From the IMG/VR virus record IMGVR_UViG_3300027908_000001, positions 87,167-151,166 of that record: DNA of 64,000 nucleotides, one strand, 5' to 3'. The translations under genes and the position numbers were made by a program. Under the pieces are notes generated by a model. That model had not been told where the DNA came from, did not search any database, and saw only the letters and a program-made list of their open reading frames with translations. Every line of letters begins with the position of its first letter. Position 1 is the stretch's first letter. This DNA comes from a virus. Lineage: Duplodnaviria > Heunggongvirae > Uroviricota > Caudoviricetes. Shown piece by piece: positions 45,401 through 55,400 of the stretch.

Positions 45401-45968
45401 CATTACCCTCGTTGGCGACCGCGGCAGTATCAGGCAGCCCGTTCGTGACAGTTTTCGTGACGAACCCTTGACCGTTGACATAGGTCGCGTCCGGCAGTCC
45501 GTTCGTGACAGCTTGAGGGCCGATTCGGAGAAGATTGTTCGTTCCATTTAATTGTCCGCCGAGCACTATCACCACGGCGTTGCTGGCGTTCAGAATGCCG
45601 GTGGCCATATCGGCGCGGATGGCGTTGTTTGTGCCGTTCAGCGCCGTAAAGTCCGGCAAACCATTGGTGAGCGAACCAGAAGCGCCGGTCGAGGTCGCTT
45701 GATACACGCCCGGTGCGACCTGAAACCACGTGACGGTATCCGAATTCGACAAGGACATGAACTTGATGTAAGCGCTGATATGGCCGCCGCCCGCGTTCGT
45801 AACAGTGAGTCCGGAAACGCCATTCGTGTCCAGTATCAGGTCGGACACGTAATACGTGTTCGTACCCTTAATGACCGTGATGAAATACGGCGTGATGGCG
45901 GCGCGCGATATGCCCGCTAAGGCCAAGAACAGTAAGGCGATGGAGAAAAAGAGTCGGCGCATGAGCAT
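42435..45968 (-). CDS. large signal-peptide-bearing tailspike-like beta-helix protein with repeat stalk
   Basis: MLMRRLFFSIALLFLALAGISRA; TNGLPD/LNxTN repeats; VFNIRDYGADG...AYFPNGYY beta-helix; C1q-like beta C-terminus. Confidence 0.8.
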   Translation of the reverse strand: MLMRRLFFSIALLFLALAGISRAAITPYFITVIKGTNTYYVSDLILDTNGVSGLTVTNAGGGHISAYIKFMSLSNSDTVTWFQVAPGVYQATSTGASGSLTNGLPDFTALNGTNNAIRADMATGILNASNAVVIVLGGQLNGTNNLLRIGPQAVTNGLPDATYVNGQGFVTKTVTNGLPDTAAVANEGNAVFASAIAALNGTNASIRSDVQSWLNLTNTSIRSDIGGWINATNALIIAALNATNNAIHADVISWLNGTNASLRIGAMAVTNGLPDQTQLTSTSNTLATATATAQSTANAALPYPFLTNDVNGIIASNNAANQVLSNGQSSAVIFSNNVTSTGTINANNGSFTSILGTTNIAIGNFGSLSFLKANGNPAFGIEYNANNNTMWITETLPLIADWDWQNLIQSNVPIAVATNSPVPLAQVQPIIIAVNSSSNTWNSALQPGQANIASQVVAGAGLTNVVLVNATATGNFAPTNNLATTNSTNPNMTVGNATTATFATTAGSLNGSGAAATYGGMSVGTANFAANAGSLNGLPGSLYALNTNAYKVFNIRDYGADGTTNPDAAVALRAMTIDIANASKSNLLSVAYFPNGYYSLRSATNTGCNSVIDDIRACSNGVRWVFENGAYLQAPQTNLAGQVNTGFEINPPCIFWASGNLDFGGGVITGTGQETNDATLNQYAFVLDGPIGNNRIHDTTIQAMSGGAEWADLDYGNSCTDTHYTGSGLTFEKVKILGMGNVKAGGYVGGNNQAAILVVEPYVNVKDCVISNVFGYGIELYLYYGNDYSLNHEWVTGTTFDDNIFDVGPLGFSLANVTNEYIGDWVFINDKFHNTTRTNASHEAHLTILGGDPTGSPVGLPLKGFIVANCEFSKKTPPGLGLDGGLDDEGRTVGGVIEGNTFDGFVYGLYLNYTHSQVCSVGLSVLGNSARNCTNSGSGGFLIHGNYSTNVVFGANSAVNCAIGLDIEGSTNITVQGGDYTQNPTGTLVATSVNVLYDGYTNSLGNLVGTISTLQTSMLHPPQRISISRNANSGTLTAYSPPNVITYNLVDTNSSTVYFKPDIVAGKITNLVSGAYSVTGSACVSNCCGQNLNGFLAFSTNNGTSWIGLGGNAILANGTAIGIISPPPKVFYLPANTVSELGILLDTSGTYHLASGGDSQYTLITNDTWFAMDYFAQ
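45144..45668 (-). repeat. intragenic peptide repeats (4x TNGLPD, about 6x LNxTNxxIRxD-like)
   Basis: Read directly in the translation. Confidence 0.8.
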
Positions 45969-45975
45969 GATGTCT

Positions 45976-45999
45976 CTATACTTCGCCGAAAGGGGTCAA
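45976..45999 (-). promoter_or_regulatory. putative late promoter motif
   Basis: TTGACCCCTTTCGGCGAAGTATAG, 7 nt before the ATG at 45968. Confidence 0.65.
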
Positions 46000-46011
46000 C
46001 GCGGGCATGAA

Positions 46012-47202
46012 TCAGGTGTGACTCTCTTGGGTGCCAACCTCAATCGTGGCAGGTTTTGGAGGCTCGACCGGCTTGGGCGGTGGCGAAGGTCTACCATCAT
46101 TGGCCGGGTCGAACTTCTCGCCGGGCTGAAATTCATAGAACGGCGCGAGCCGGTAGCGCACGTGGCCAACACATTCTCCCTCGGTTTCATGATAGGGCTC
46201 GACTACGATGTACTTGTTCGGCATATTGCGGTCGCGACAGACGTGACTGGATAACGCGTGCGGAATCACAACCGACCGCAACCCCTTCTGATGCCACCGC
46301 CGGTAATTTATATAGATGTCTTCCGTACCCCAACTGTCAGGATTACCGGAGCCGTACCCGCTCCAATCACAGAGCGCCAGTGCAGTGCGATTCATCATGG
46401 TGCAGCCAAATCCAGTCCAGTCCGTCGGCATCATCGCACCGAGCCCAATGGCCGGATAAGCATGGTCGTACCAGCCCCTCCTCTTCCATCGGCCCTTGCT
46501 ATTCAACTCGAAAACATCACCCTTTGGGGGTGCAGCTTCGATGAGCTTGTTAATTTCCTGCACCCGCTTCCATTTCTCATCGAGTTCTTTCCGTAACGCA
46601 TCGGTGATATCTTTCGGCTCCCGTTTCAACCTGCCGAATTCCATCAATGCCTTTTTCTCTTCCAGAAGTTTCGGGTCTACCTCCTTTTCGTCCTCGGAAT
46701 AATTCGGCAGAATCGGATTTTGCGGCGTGCCGCGACCGCCGAGTAGTCCGCCGATTCCTTGCGATGGATACGGTGACATGGCCACGGAATAGTAGCCATT
46801 ATCGAAATTCAAAGCATCGAGACAGCAACGGATGGAGTTGATGGCCGGGAGCACGTCCGAGTCGAGCGAGAAACAATAGTCCACGTCCAGTTCCCGCGCT
46901 TTGGCGCACATGGCAGACCGGCCGGTTGCGATGGTCAATTGCGCATGGCCTTTATAGTTTTTGCCAGAGCCGTAGATGCCGTCTAGGACGAGCAAATGCG
47001 TAGTGAACCCCGGCAGCAATCTGCGGTATTGGGCCGCCGTCTCTTTCAATCGAGCGCACTTATCTCCAGCCAGAATGATGTGGTGGGTTTGCATGTCGCC
47101 CGAGATTCCCGCATACTTGAGTGCCGATTGCACGCGGTTGGCCTGAGAAAAAAGAGCGTAAGTATAGGTATCGGTGGCGAAAATCGTGATGGCAAACTTC
47201 AT
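46012..47202 (-). CDS. GT-A fold glycosyltransferase-like protein
   Basis: YCFSLDSDVLP (DxD), TGFGCTMM, GTEDIY, LSSHV. Confidence 0.8.
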   Translation of the reverse strand: MKFAITIFATDTYTYALFSQANRVQSALKYAGISGDMQTHHIILAGDKCARLKETAAQYRRLLPGFTTHLLVLDGIYGSGKNYKGHAQLTIATGRSAMCAKARELDVDYCFSLDSDVLPAINSIRCCLDALNFDNGYYSVAMSPYPSQGIGGLLGGRGTPQNPILPNYSEDEKEVDPKLLEEKKALMEFGRLKREPKDITDALRKELDEKWKRVQEINKLIEAAPPKGDVFELNSKGRWKRRGWYDHAYPAIGLGAMMPTDWTGFGCTMMNRTALALCDWSGYGSGNPDSWGTEDIYINYRRWHQKGLRSVVIPHALSSHVCRDRNMPNKYIVVEPYHETEGECVGHVRYRLAPFYEFQPGEKFDPANDGRPSPPPKPVEPPKPATIEVGTQESHT

Positions 47203-47213
47203 GAAGCGCCATC

Positions 47214-47231
47214 ACTATACGCCCCGTGAGC
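47214..47231 (-). promoter_or_regulatory. motif shared with 36525-36541
   Basis: GCTCACGGGGCGTATAGT, 11 nt before the ATG; no good -35. Confidence 0.4.
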
Positions 47232-47251
47232 CCCGGAAAGTAGCGCCAGTT

Positions 47252-47950
47252 TTATGCGCCCCACGCCGGGGCCACCGGATTCTCCAGTTCAAAATACCCA
47301 TACCTCCGCGCAGCCTGTTCCGCCTCATCCTTGAGAGCGCCCTTGGGGATATCTGACCAGCGAATGAATTCGGCTCGCTCCCGGTGATGGACTTCCGTGC
47401 CAACCTTAAGCATGGCCTCCCGGCACTGCTCCTCGGTGCGTTCAATCCCCAATGACCAGCGCAACATTTCAACAACTTCAATCGGTCGGATATGACGCAC
47501 CCGCCAAAGTGCATACTGAGACTTCGGCGTCTTTTCAATCATCTGGTTCCAGTACAGCCAAAACGCCAACGAACGTTCGAGGGATGTGTGGAGTTCAAGG
47601 CTCTCGGGACAATGCAGCTTGATGAACAGGCCCACCTTCATGGTTTTTTCAAAAATCTTGCCCATGAAATTACGCCCCATGAGGGAGCGCACAAAAACCA
47701 GCGGATGACGCACCTGATGAAGGACGGATATGTTGGCTGGCATCGTGCCAACGAATGGGGCGGCAAACCATGAGGATTCCGCGCGACAATACGGCGGCAA
47801 TTTCTGCCAGATTGCCACAGCTTCCCTGCCGCCTTGATTGAATATGCCTTCATGACTACAGCGGATGTCAATCGCTTTCAACAATTCAGACATGAACGTG
47901 GTCCCGCTACTCATGCAGCCGGTAATCAGCAACCGCTTTTCGTTGGCCAT
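47252..47950 (-). CDS. sulfotransferase family protein
   Basis: LLITGCMSSGTTFM (5'-PSB-like), HQVRHPL...S (3'-PB). Confidence 0.75.
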   Translation of the reverse strand: MANEKRLLITGCMSSGTTFMSELLKAIDIRCSHEGIFNQGGREAVAIWQKLPPYCRAESSWFAAPFVGTMPANISVLHQVRHPLVFVRSLMGRNFMGKIFEKTMKVGLFIKLHCPESLELHTSLERSLAFWLYWNQMIEKTPKSQYALWRVRHIRPIEVVEMLRWSLGIERTEEQCREAMLKVGTEVHHRERAEFIRWSDIPKGALKDEAEQAARRYGYFELENPVAPAWGA

Positions 47951-47961
47951 AGAACTTCCCT

Positions 47962-50900
47962 TTAGGTGATTGGATTTATGAATTCTGGTTGTTCGTCGTC
48001 CGGGTCATCGTTCCATACGCGCGCCGTGGTGCTGAGTTGGCCATTGTCTCCGTTCGGATACCGGACGTTGTTGTAGAACACGCTGGCGGGATTGAATATG
48101 GTCCGCGCCGTACCGTCCGCGCTGTCCCCCGGCGAGGATGTGGCTGTGCCTGTGCCGCCGGTATCGTTCACCGTCACGAAACCGCGATGACCTGCGCCTA
48201 TCTGCATGGTGCGACCGTTGCCGATAATGGTCGTAAGCGGCGCGACAGTCCATTCGTAGGTCTTATCGGCATATAATCCGCCCGTGCCGGTCGTATTGCC
48301 CGGCGTGACCATGACCGTGTCATCGGTCATGACGGTTTGCGGCCAGCCCATTTGCCATGGAGGATTTGTCGATAACCCGGCATCATCGAACCAGTCGAAA
48401 AGAGTGTTATCGGCATCCTCATGCAAGAACGTCCAGTAACTGCCCGCGCCGGTAACGGACTGCAGGTCGCTCAGGTAGATGCTGCCATGATAATTCGCTA
48501 CCGCAGAAAGCACCGAACCAGTGCCGACATAGATGGCGATTTGCGCCGAGGTGTCCGTAATATTGAAAAGGAAAGCCGTGGTACCGTCCGCGGTATAACT
48601 CCCATTTACCGTGATGGTGACAACCGACGAAGTTGTCAGGGTCGGGTTGACCAATACCTCCAAGTCCGTGGTCGTCGCGCTGAGAAGGGTGAACGGCAGC
48701 CAGAAACCGCCGGGCGCTTCCAACATCCAGAGCATACGCGGCGCATCCATCTGCGAAGAAAAGTCCACCAGATTGATGGTATCGAACGTACCGGTTTCCC
48801 ATGTACCGGTTCCTGTGTCATCCGATGCTCCCTCGTTCAGGTTCCAGCTTGTGGTGACGCCGTTGCCGCCGAACCAGCTATATTGGGGCTGGTCGGTATT
48901 AAAGCTGGCTACTATGCCAAAGTTGCAGGCGGTGCTGGTGGTGGTTCCAGCCGAATTTGTGCTCCAGCATAACACGCTGGTCTCATAGGCAATGCTTATC
49001 CAGCCGAACCGTCGCGTATCGGAACTGGTCACAAGCGGCCGGTAACCTCGCCCTGCTAGACTGACGCAAAGGAAATCCTCGCCGCCGAACGCCCGCTGCC
49101 AATTCAGCGCATCGGGCGCACCGGACTGCTGGCTGTCCAGAAAAGTGCCCAATGCATACGAGTAATAATTCCAGTATGTATTGGTCACTCCGTTTTGCGC
49201 CCCGAATGTAGATGTTGTCCAGCCCTCCGTAGCGTCGCCCGTGGTAGCTTGCACGCTCGTATTCGTGAAACTGGCCCCTTGCTGGCCCGCCGCAAGAGCA
49301 TACATGGTGAGCACGGTCATTGTAATAGGCTGGGGAATCCGTGCCGTAATCGTCAAAGCTGTCGGCTGTAATTCCAGCGGGCTGCCATCATAATCGGAAG
49401 TCATGACGGTGCCAGCGCTATTTTCATAGGTGACTGACGCACCGCGAACCACTGGATAAATCCAGCCGGTGGTAATCACACCGGGTACTCCGTCGATGAC
49501 CCCTACGGTGACAGTCGATGTGCTGGTCATATTATTCCACCACGTGAATGTGGGAGATGTCGTTGCGGTGGTAATTTCTGTTACAGTCCCAACCAGAGTG
49601 GTAGCAGTTGTATGCGTGAGTTGGTCGGATATATTGGTGTGGGTGAACGCATAAAACGGCGGCCCATTGAATGAGGTCACGTAAGACGACATGCCCGAGG
49701 AGCTATCGCCGGTGGCCAGCCAGTTGTCTTGCGGCACGCACATCAGCGTGGTCCAAATTTGCGAATTACCTGCCGACCGAGTATTCGTGGAGAAAGTGGT
49801 TGAAGCGCCCGGCGCGGATTGAAACGTGTCCGTCCAGCTTACGGTCTGTGTCGTAGTGGCCGACCAGCCGCTCCCTGTAGCAGAAGTCCAAGGTTGGGTG
49901 AATACGTGTGTCTGTCCGGCTGACAGACTCAAACTGCCGTCAAGGTCGAACCCGCTCTGGTCGATTCTCGTGGTGGACGCAGTCATGGTCTGCGTAATAT
50001 CTCCGGTCTTGCCGAACGGCACCGCATACTCGGGCGAAGCCGACCACGACAAACCGCACTCGAACGGAATCAGGCGCGAGCCCGGCAGCATGTTGGCCAC
50101 AGTATCGCCGCCTTCCATGACCCACACGATGGTTGTCAGATAGGGCGGCACGGCGTCAGGGAACACGTCGAAGTTGGAAACAATCTTGCGACTATACGTG
50201 CCCGTGCCGGTGTGCGTGATGGCGGTAGAAGTGTAGGTTCGGTTTGTTGTTGCCGCGTCACCTCCGCCAGTGGTAGTCGGCACCATCTCCGTGGCGGTTA
50301 CCGCAGTCGTGGTATACGCAGCATAAGTCAACGTGACATTCGGCGCGATACCGATGCTGGACGTGTCAAAATCAAAATTACTCAAAGGAATGAAAGTGGT
50401 GCCACCCATCACCGACGACCATGTGGTGGTTTCGTCATTGATGGCCCATAACAACGCTTGGCGTGTACTGCTGGATGTGGTTCCCGGCGTGTCATTGGTA
50501 AAAGCACCGCCGCCCGAAGCAACTGTCTCTCCATCTGAGCCAAAAAAAGTAATTCCTACTTCATCATAAGCCATTTCAATATGCGTCCACGATATTACCA
50601 CCTGACCATTGGTAATCGTGACCGTGCTACCGCCAGAAACCGCTGTCGTCGTGAATGCGCGAGTGCCAACCTCGCTGACTTCTTGAAATCCATTGCCTAG
50701 GATTTGCGTTCGATTGCTTGAGCCAGTGCCAGTGCCTTCTCCCTCATTTGAGTAATTATTGAATGCGCCGCTTTCGGCTACGCTAAGGCCGCCTACGAAG
50801 GTAAGCCCAGTGGCATTCTTAGAGAAGAAAAATCCATCAGTAGAAGTGGTTCCCGATACGCCGGATTGGCCGACACCATCATTATTGGTATACGATACAA

Positions 50901-51000
50901 CGGTCACACCGCCGGATGTGGATGTTTGGCCGGTAGAGTTCCACCGCTCCAGTTCATCATACGGCCAGATGGCCGGGCCGTGATAGGTGTAGCCGACCAT
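47962..51000 (-). CDS. Thr/Ser/Gly-rich ~1010-aa tail-region protein
   Basis: Start reassigned to MVGYTY at 51000, after the upstream TAA; runs of Thr, very few Lys. Confidence 0.8.
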   Translation of the reverse strand: MVGYTYHGPAIWPYDELERWNSTGQTSTSGGVTVVSYTNNDGVGQSGVSGTTSTDGFFFSKNATGLTFVGGLSVAESGAFNNYSNEGEGTGTGSSNRTQILGNGFQEVSEVGTRAFTTTAVSGGSTVTITNGQVVISWTHIEMAYDEVGITFFGSDGETVASGGGAFTNDTPGTTSSSTRQALLWAINDETTTWSSVMGGTTFIPLSNFDFDTSSIGIAPNVTLTYAAYTTTAVTATEMVPTTTGGGDAATTNRTYTSTAITHTGTGTYSRKIVSNFDVFPDAVPPYLTTIVWVMEGGDTVANMLPGSRLIPFECGLSWSASPEYAVPFGKTGDITQTMTASTTRIDQSGFDLDGSLSLSAGQTHVFTQPWTSATGSGWSATTTQTVSWTDTFQSAPGASTTFSTNTRSAGNSQIWTTLMCVPQDNWLATGDSSSGMSSYVTSFNGPPFYAFTHTNISDQLTHTTATTLVGTVTEITTATTSPTFTWWNNMTSTSTVTVGVIDGVPGVITTGWIYPVVRGASVTYENSAGTVMTSDYDGSPLELQPTALTITARIPQPITMTVLTMYALAAGQQGASFTNTSVQATTGDATEGWTTSTFGAQNGVTNTYWNYYSYALGTFLDSQQSGAPDALNWQRAFGGEDFLCVSLAGRGYRPLVTSSDTRRFGWISIAYETSVLCWSTNSAGTTTSTACNFGIVASFNTDQPQYSWFGGNGVTTSWNLNEGASDDTGTGTWETGTFDTINLVDFSSQMDAPRMLWMLEAPGGFWLPFTLLSATTTDLEVLVNPTLTTSSVVTITVNGSYTADGTTAFLFNITDTSAQIAIYVGTGSVLSAVANYHGSIYLSDLQSVTGAGSYWTFLHEDADNTLFDWFDDAGLSTNPPWQMGWPQTVMTDDTVMVTPGNTTGTGGLYADKTYEWTVAPLTTIIGNGRTMQIGAGHRGFVTVNDTGGTGTATSSPGDSADGTARTIFNPASVFYNNVRYPNGDNGQLSTTARVWNDDPDDEQPEFINPIT

Positions 51001-51001
51001 G

Positions 51002-51655
51002 TTAGTTGTAGCCTTTGACGACCCAGTTCCACACGCGAAGGTACGCCTCGCCTCCGGCAGCAACACTACTTGCCGGTGTCAAAAGAACCTGCCGAGGCTG
51101 ACAGGTGAACGGACCGTAATCAATCTGGTTAATCACGCGCGACCCGGCTGAGCCGCCGGTGATGTAGCCGAGCAGAATCGTAAACGCCGTCGGCGCGGCT
51201 CCTACTGCCGAACCAATGAGCGGCGCGGTTGGGAGCGAAGATGCCGCCGTCCAGCTAACGCCATTCACGCTAATACCATCCGCCGATGTCACGCTCAGGT
51301 ACACGTAACTCAGCGAGCCGCTCAATGTCACCCCCGCTCCGATGACCGTGCTCGGGTCCGGTGTCATCTGATTGACCACACCGGGAGTAATGTGACACGT
51401 ATCGGTGCCGCCGGAGGTAGAGATGCTGATAAGGAACTGCTGTGGGTCAACCGGTTCGTTTATCGTGGTGCTGGACGACCCTGATGACGCTGCGCCCGGA
51501 TTGACGGCGAACGTGGTGCCGTTTGACGACATGAGAATCCGCATGCCCTTGCCGGGTTGTGGAGTGATGGCACGCAACCACGCCTCGACGGCGTTAAACC
51601 ACTGGTGTGGTATCCTCGCCATACCCGGATAGATTCTTGGAAGTCGGAAGGCCAT
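51002..51655 (-). CDS. tail-associated protein
   Basis: Position after the tape measure; beta-rich. Confidence 0.65.
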   Translation of the reverse strand: MAFRLPRIYPGMARIPHQWFNAVEAWLRAITPQPGKGMRILMSSNGTTFAVNPGAASSGSSSTTINEPVDPQQFLISISTSGGTDTCHITPGVVNQMTPDPSTVIGAGVTLSGSLSYVYLSVTSADGISVNGVSWTAASSLPTAPLIGSAVGAAPTAFTILLGYITGGSAGSRVINQIDYGPFTCQPRQVLLTPASSVAAGGEAYLRVWNWVVKGYN

Positions 51656-51672
51656 AAAAATCTACATAACTA

Positions 51673-52410
51673 TCACGAATACAAATCTTTATCGATGAAG
51701 TCGTAGCCCGCGAATTCCCTATCGCGAGTCCAGTATGGAAACTCCGAGTGCGCCCGGTCGGCTGTGAGAATCCACTGATAACCAACAGGACATCCGAAGA
51801 ATGGTGCCACGATGCTATAGGTGCCCAAAGCCGCGCCGACCGTCAACATCGTGTAACCAATTTCGTGGATTCGCGCTATCGGCGTGTAAACCGTGTAGGA
51901 ATCTTCTCCGTTCAAATATTTCAACGCATAGTCTTGCGCATTGGTACCGAGCGTAATAGTCCCGAGTGTGCCGCCATCGAACTGAAACGCCCGCTGCAGT
52001 GCCGCATTGGGTTCAGCCTGCCACTTCTGGATGTTCAACTGGTCCGTGCTGGTTAATGCCCGTGCGCCGCCGGTCAAATACCGAGGATGCGACAAAAGCG
52101 GCTTCTGCAACGGCGTCCAGTCCACTTCAAACGTCGCCAGCGCATTCCGGTTTTCCGCCTCGACAATCAACCGACACGCGCCGCCTTTGGCCAATGGTTC
52201 CAGTTTACACGACATCACCAGATACGCGCCGCCACTGATGCCAACGCCGATGTTCGCCCCAATCGCCGGTAGCGCCGCCTGCGCCGCCGCATAGGTCGGG
52301 TACTCGGTGACCTTGGTAATCTTGTCCATCTGGTAGGACCGCTCCAGCCGGTTGTTCTCAGGCTGGATGACCGGACTACTAAAACTGACCAGTGTTGGAT
52401 GTGCGGACAT
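51673..52410 (-). CDS. distal-tail/baseplate-hub-region protein
   Basis: First gene after the tape measure; QKPLLSHPRY. Confidence 0.6.
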   Translation of the reverse strand: MSAHPTLVSFSSPVIQPENNRLERSYQMDKITKVTEYPTYAAAQAALPAIGANIGVGISGGAYLVMSCKLEPLAKGGACRLIVEAENRNALATFEVDWTPLQKPLLSHPRYLTGGARALTSTDQLNIQKWQAEPNAALQRAFQFDGGTLGTITLGTNAQDYALKYLNGEDSYTVYTPIARIHEIGYTMLTVGAALGTYSIVAPFFGCPVGYQWILTADRAHSEFPYWTRDREFAGYDFIDKDLYS

Positions 52411-52419
52411 GATATTCCC

Positions 52420-55400
52420 TTAGCTAACGACTCCTCCGTTTTCGCTGCGGCCATCCGGCTTCTTCGGCGTGACGTGCTCGGCTATCTTGGCCGTGTTGGC
52501 CGCAGTGGCCCGGGCATAGCGGACCGATTCCGGGTCCTGCCGTACCGGGCCAATGGCCGCGCGTGCCATCATTTCTGGCTGGCTGTTCAATCCCATTGTG
52601 CCAAGGCTGTCATGGGCGACGGCTGGCAATCCGCCGTTGAGCATCATCATGCCCATGTTCGGCACGCCGCGGACACCGGCAAATAAACCTTTCGACCGGT
52701 CGGAATCCGTCAGCCGTTCCAGCTTGGTTTGCTGGTTCTTGAGCGCTTCCTCGTTCCGCAGCATGCTGGAGGCCATGGCTTCCGGGTCGAACCCGTTTTC
52801 CTTGGTGAACCCTTCCGCAGCCAGTTCCTTGACCTTCTCACGGAGCTTGATTTGGCGTTCAAGCTGGTTGGCTTCCTGATAATTACCGGCCACTTTCAGG
52901 GACGTGACGCGGGCTTCGTCGAGCGTCTTTTGGCGGTCGGGCGCTTTCTCGTTGAACAAGTGCGCCTGCGCCTCGGCCAGAGCATCGGCATTGGCTTTGG
53001 CGTCTTGGTCAGCGTCATCCTTGTATTTGCCGCTCTCGATAATGAGTTTTTTGTATTCCTTGGTGAGGTCAACGAGGCGTTGCTGGTTCTCCAGTTCGGC
53101 TGCACCGGCAAAATTGCCTTGCGCCTTGAGTTGCAGAATCTCGTTTTCAATCTGCATTTTCTCCAGCGCCAATTTCTTCTCGTATTCCGCCGCGGCCTCG
53201 TCGTCGGCGCGCTGGGAAAAACCAACTTGGTCTGGAGTGGCATTGCCGTACATGCGCGCGTATTGCGCCGGATTTTCCCGTTGAAGCTTCGCGGCCTTCT
53301 CGGTCAGTTCTGCCAATTTTTCCGCTCGGTCAATTTCGGCTACAGCGCCGGTGTTTCCAGCGGCTTGTGCATGCAGCTTGGCCACGTCAGATTGATGCTT
53401 TACGACTTCGGCAGCTAGGTCGGCCTGTTCCTGTTGCGCTTTCAACATCTTATCGGCATCGGTCAGGATTTCCTTGGACAAGTCCTCATACATCTTGGCG
53501 AGCATGAGTTCCTTGCCCCATGCCGTAGTCGTCTCACCTTTCCATTCTGCGATAGACTTCTCTGCGCCAACCGACTTAGCAATCTCTGCGGCATTAGCCT
53601 TGTGCGCCTCGGCTTCATCCATCAGTTCTCCTGCTCGTTCGCGAGTAGGGGAAATGCCGGAAACTTCGCTTTGACCTGATAGGCGGTTGAACTGCTCAAC
53701 GACTTCTCTGGCGTGGTCATCGATGGCGCTGATTTTTGCCGTGGCGTCCGTGGCGACATCGATTTGGAGTTCATACCGTCTGGCGGTCAATTTACTCAAC
53801 TCGGTGGCCACCTGATGCAGGTGCTGCTCAGTCTGAACCCAGTGCTCTGGTTTGAGCATTTCCGGTATGGATTGTGCATCGCCGGTCATCATCTTGTTGA
53901 TGGCCATGATGTCGGCCGGTCCGCCGCCTCCGGGTAGCCCGGCATCCGGTATGCCTTGCAGGTGTTTCAGACGCTTCCGCGCGTCATCCAGCATTCCCGG
54001 CCCGCTCTTAATGGATTCCGCTGCGCTGTTCGCGGATTGATAGTTGTCATTGGCTTCCGCCGCCGCCTTGACAGCAGCGCGATAACGCATGGAGGATGTT
54101 CCGCCGGTGCTCAATCGGGCAGCCTCGACTTCCGCATCCGCCGCATTTTTCTTATCGAGGAACGGCTGCGCCTTCTTCACTGCATCGTTGTAATCTTCTT
54201 GAAGCTCGTCCACCACTTGTTGCTGTTGTTTTACATCCGCCTCTTTTTCCGACTTGGTGGTTGGTTCGGTCTGGTCGCGATGGCGCTTCCGGGCTTCATC
54301 CTCCAAATGGGAGAGCTTATCGAACTCCGCTTCCAGCGCTTGCAGTTCGGCAATCTTCTGCATGATGATGTTGGTCGCCAATACCCCAATGAACGTGCCA
54401 ATACTGGCCGCCGCCGCCAGACCGGCAATGCTCGTAGCTTGGAAGTCTCCGACCAGCGCCTTCATGGCTGAGCCAAAACTGTCCACCTTACCGGCGTTAA
54501 GAGCCGTAAAGAAGGATTCCGGCACCATCTTGCCTGCGGTCAATCCGGCGATGGCCGTCTGGCGCTGCAATGGAGTCAGACCGGCGATTCCGCCAGCGCC
54601 ACGCGCTGCCGCGTTCTTGGCTTGGGCCGCCGTATTCTCATTCAATGCCTGTGTCTCGGTCTTGATGCCAATGGCGGACTTGGTAAAAGCGACGATTTTG
54701 GCCGCCAGATTCTCCAGTATCTTGACCGCCATCATCGCGGAGTACGCAACCCCCATGGCAATGATGGCTTTAGTGCCGATACCGATAGCGTTGGCCATGT
54801 ACCCGAAGAACCCGACGATTCTTCCGATAACGGTCACGCCTTCGCCGATGTAGGTGATGAGGAGATTCAAGCCATCACCAATCACCTCGAATTTCTTGGC
54901 GACTTCCGCGCCATCCATGTCCTTGAACCGGGTCAGCAACATGTTCAAGGTAGGCCCCACCCGTTCGGCAATGACCGATGCAAACTCCGTGAACCGCAAC
55001 TGCAATGCCTTCATGCCCGTCTCGATGGACTCGAACATTTTCGCGTTGCGTTCCATCAACTGCGCGTACAGCGACATTGGCGCTTTCAGCTTGGCAACGA
55101 AATCCTCATCCTTCAACCCCGACAGTAATTGCGGCCCAGACCGACCGAACAAACTGCGCATCACATCCGTCTGTTGGCTCTGGTCCTTGAGTCGCTTGAG
55201 CCCTTCCGCGATGGCCGCCAACTGCATTCGTGCCGGTAGTTTCCGCAACTCATCCGCCCGCAGTCCCAATTGCTGAAACGCGCCCGCCGCGCCGCGCGTG
55301 TGCATGGCCACCGCATCCATGCCGCCACCGGCATCCGCCACCATCGATTGTCCGAGTCCGTGGGCTCCGCCAGATACCTGCGCGATGCTGCGCTGGAGCA

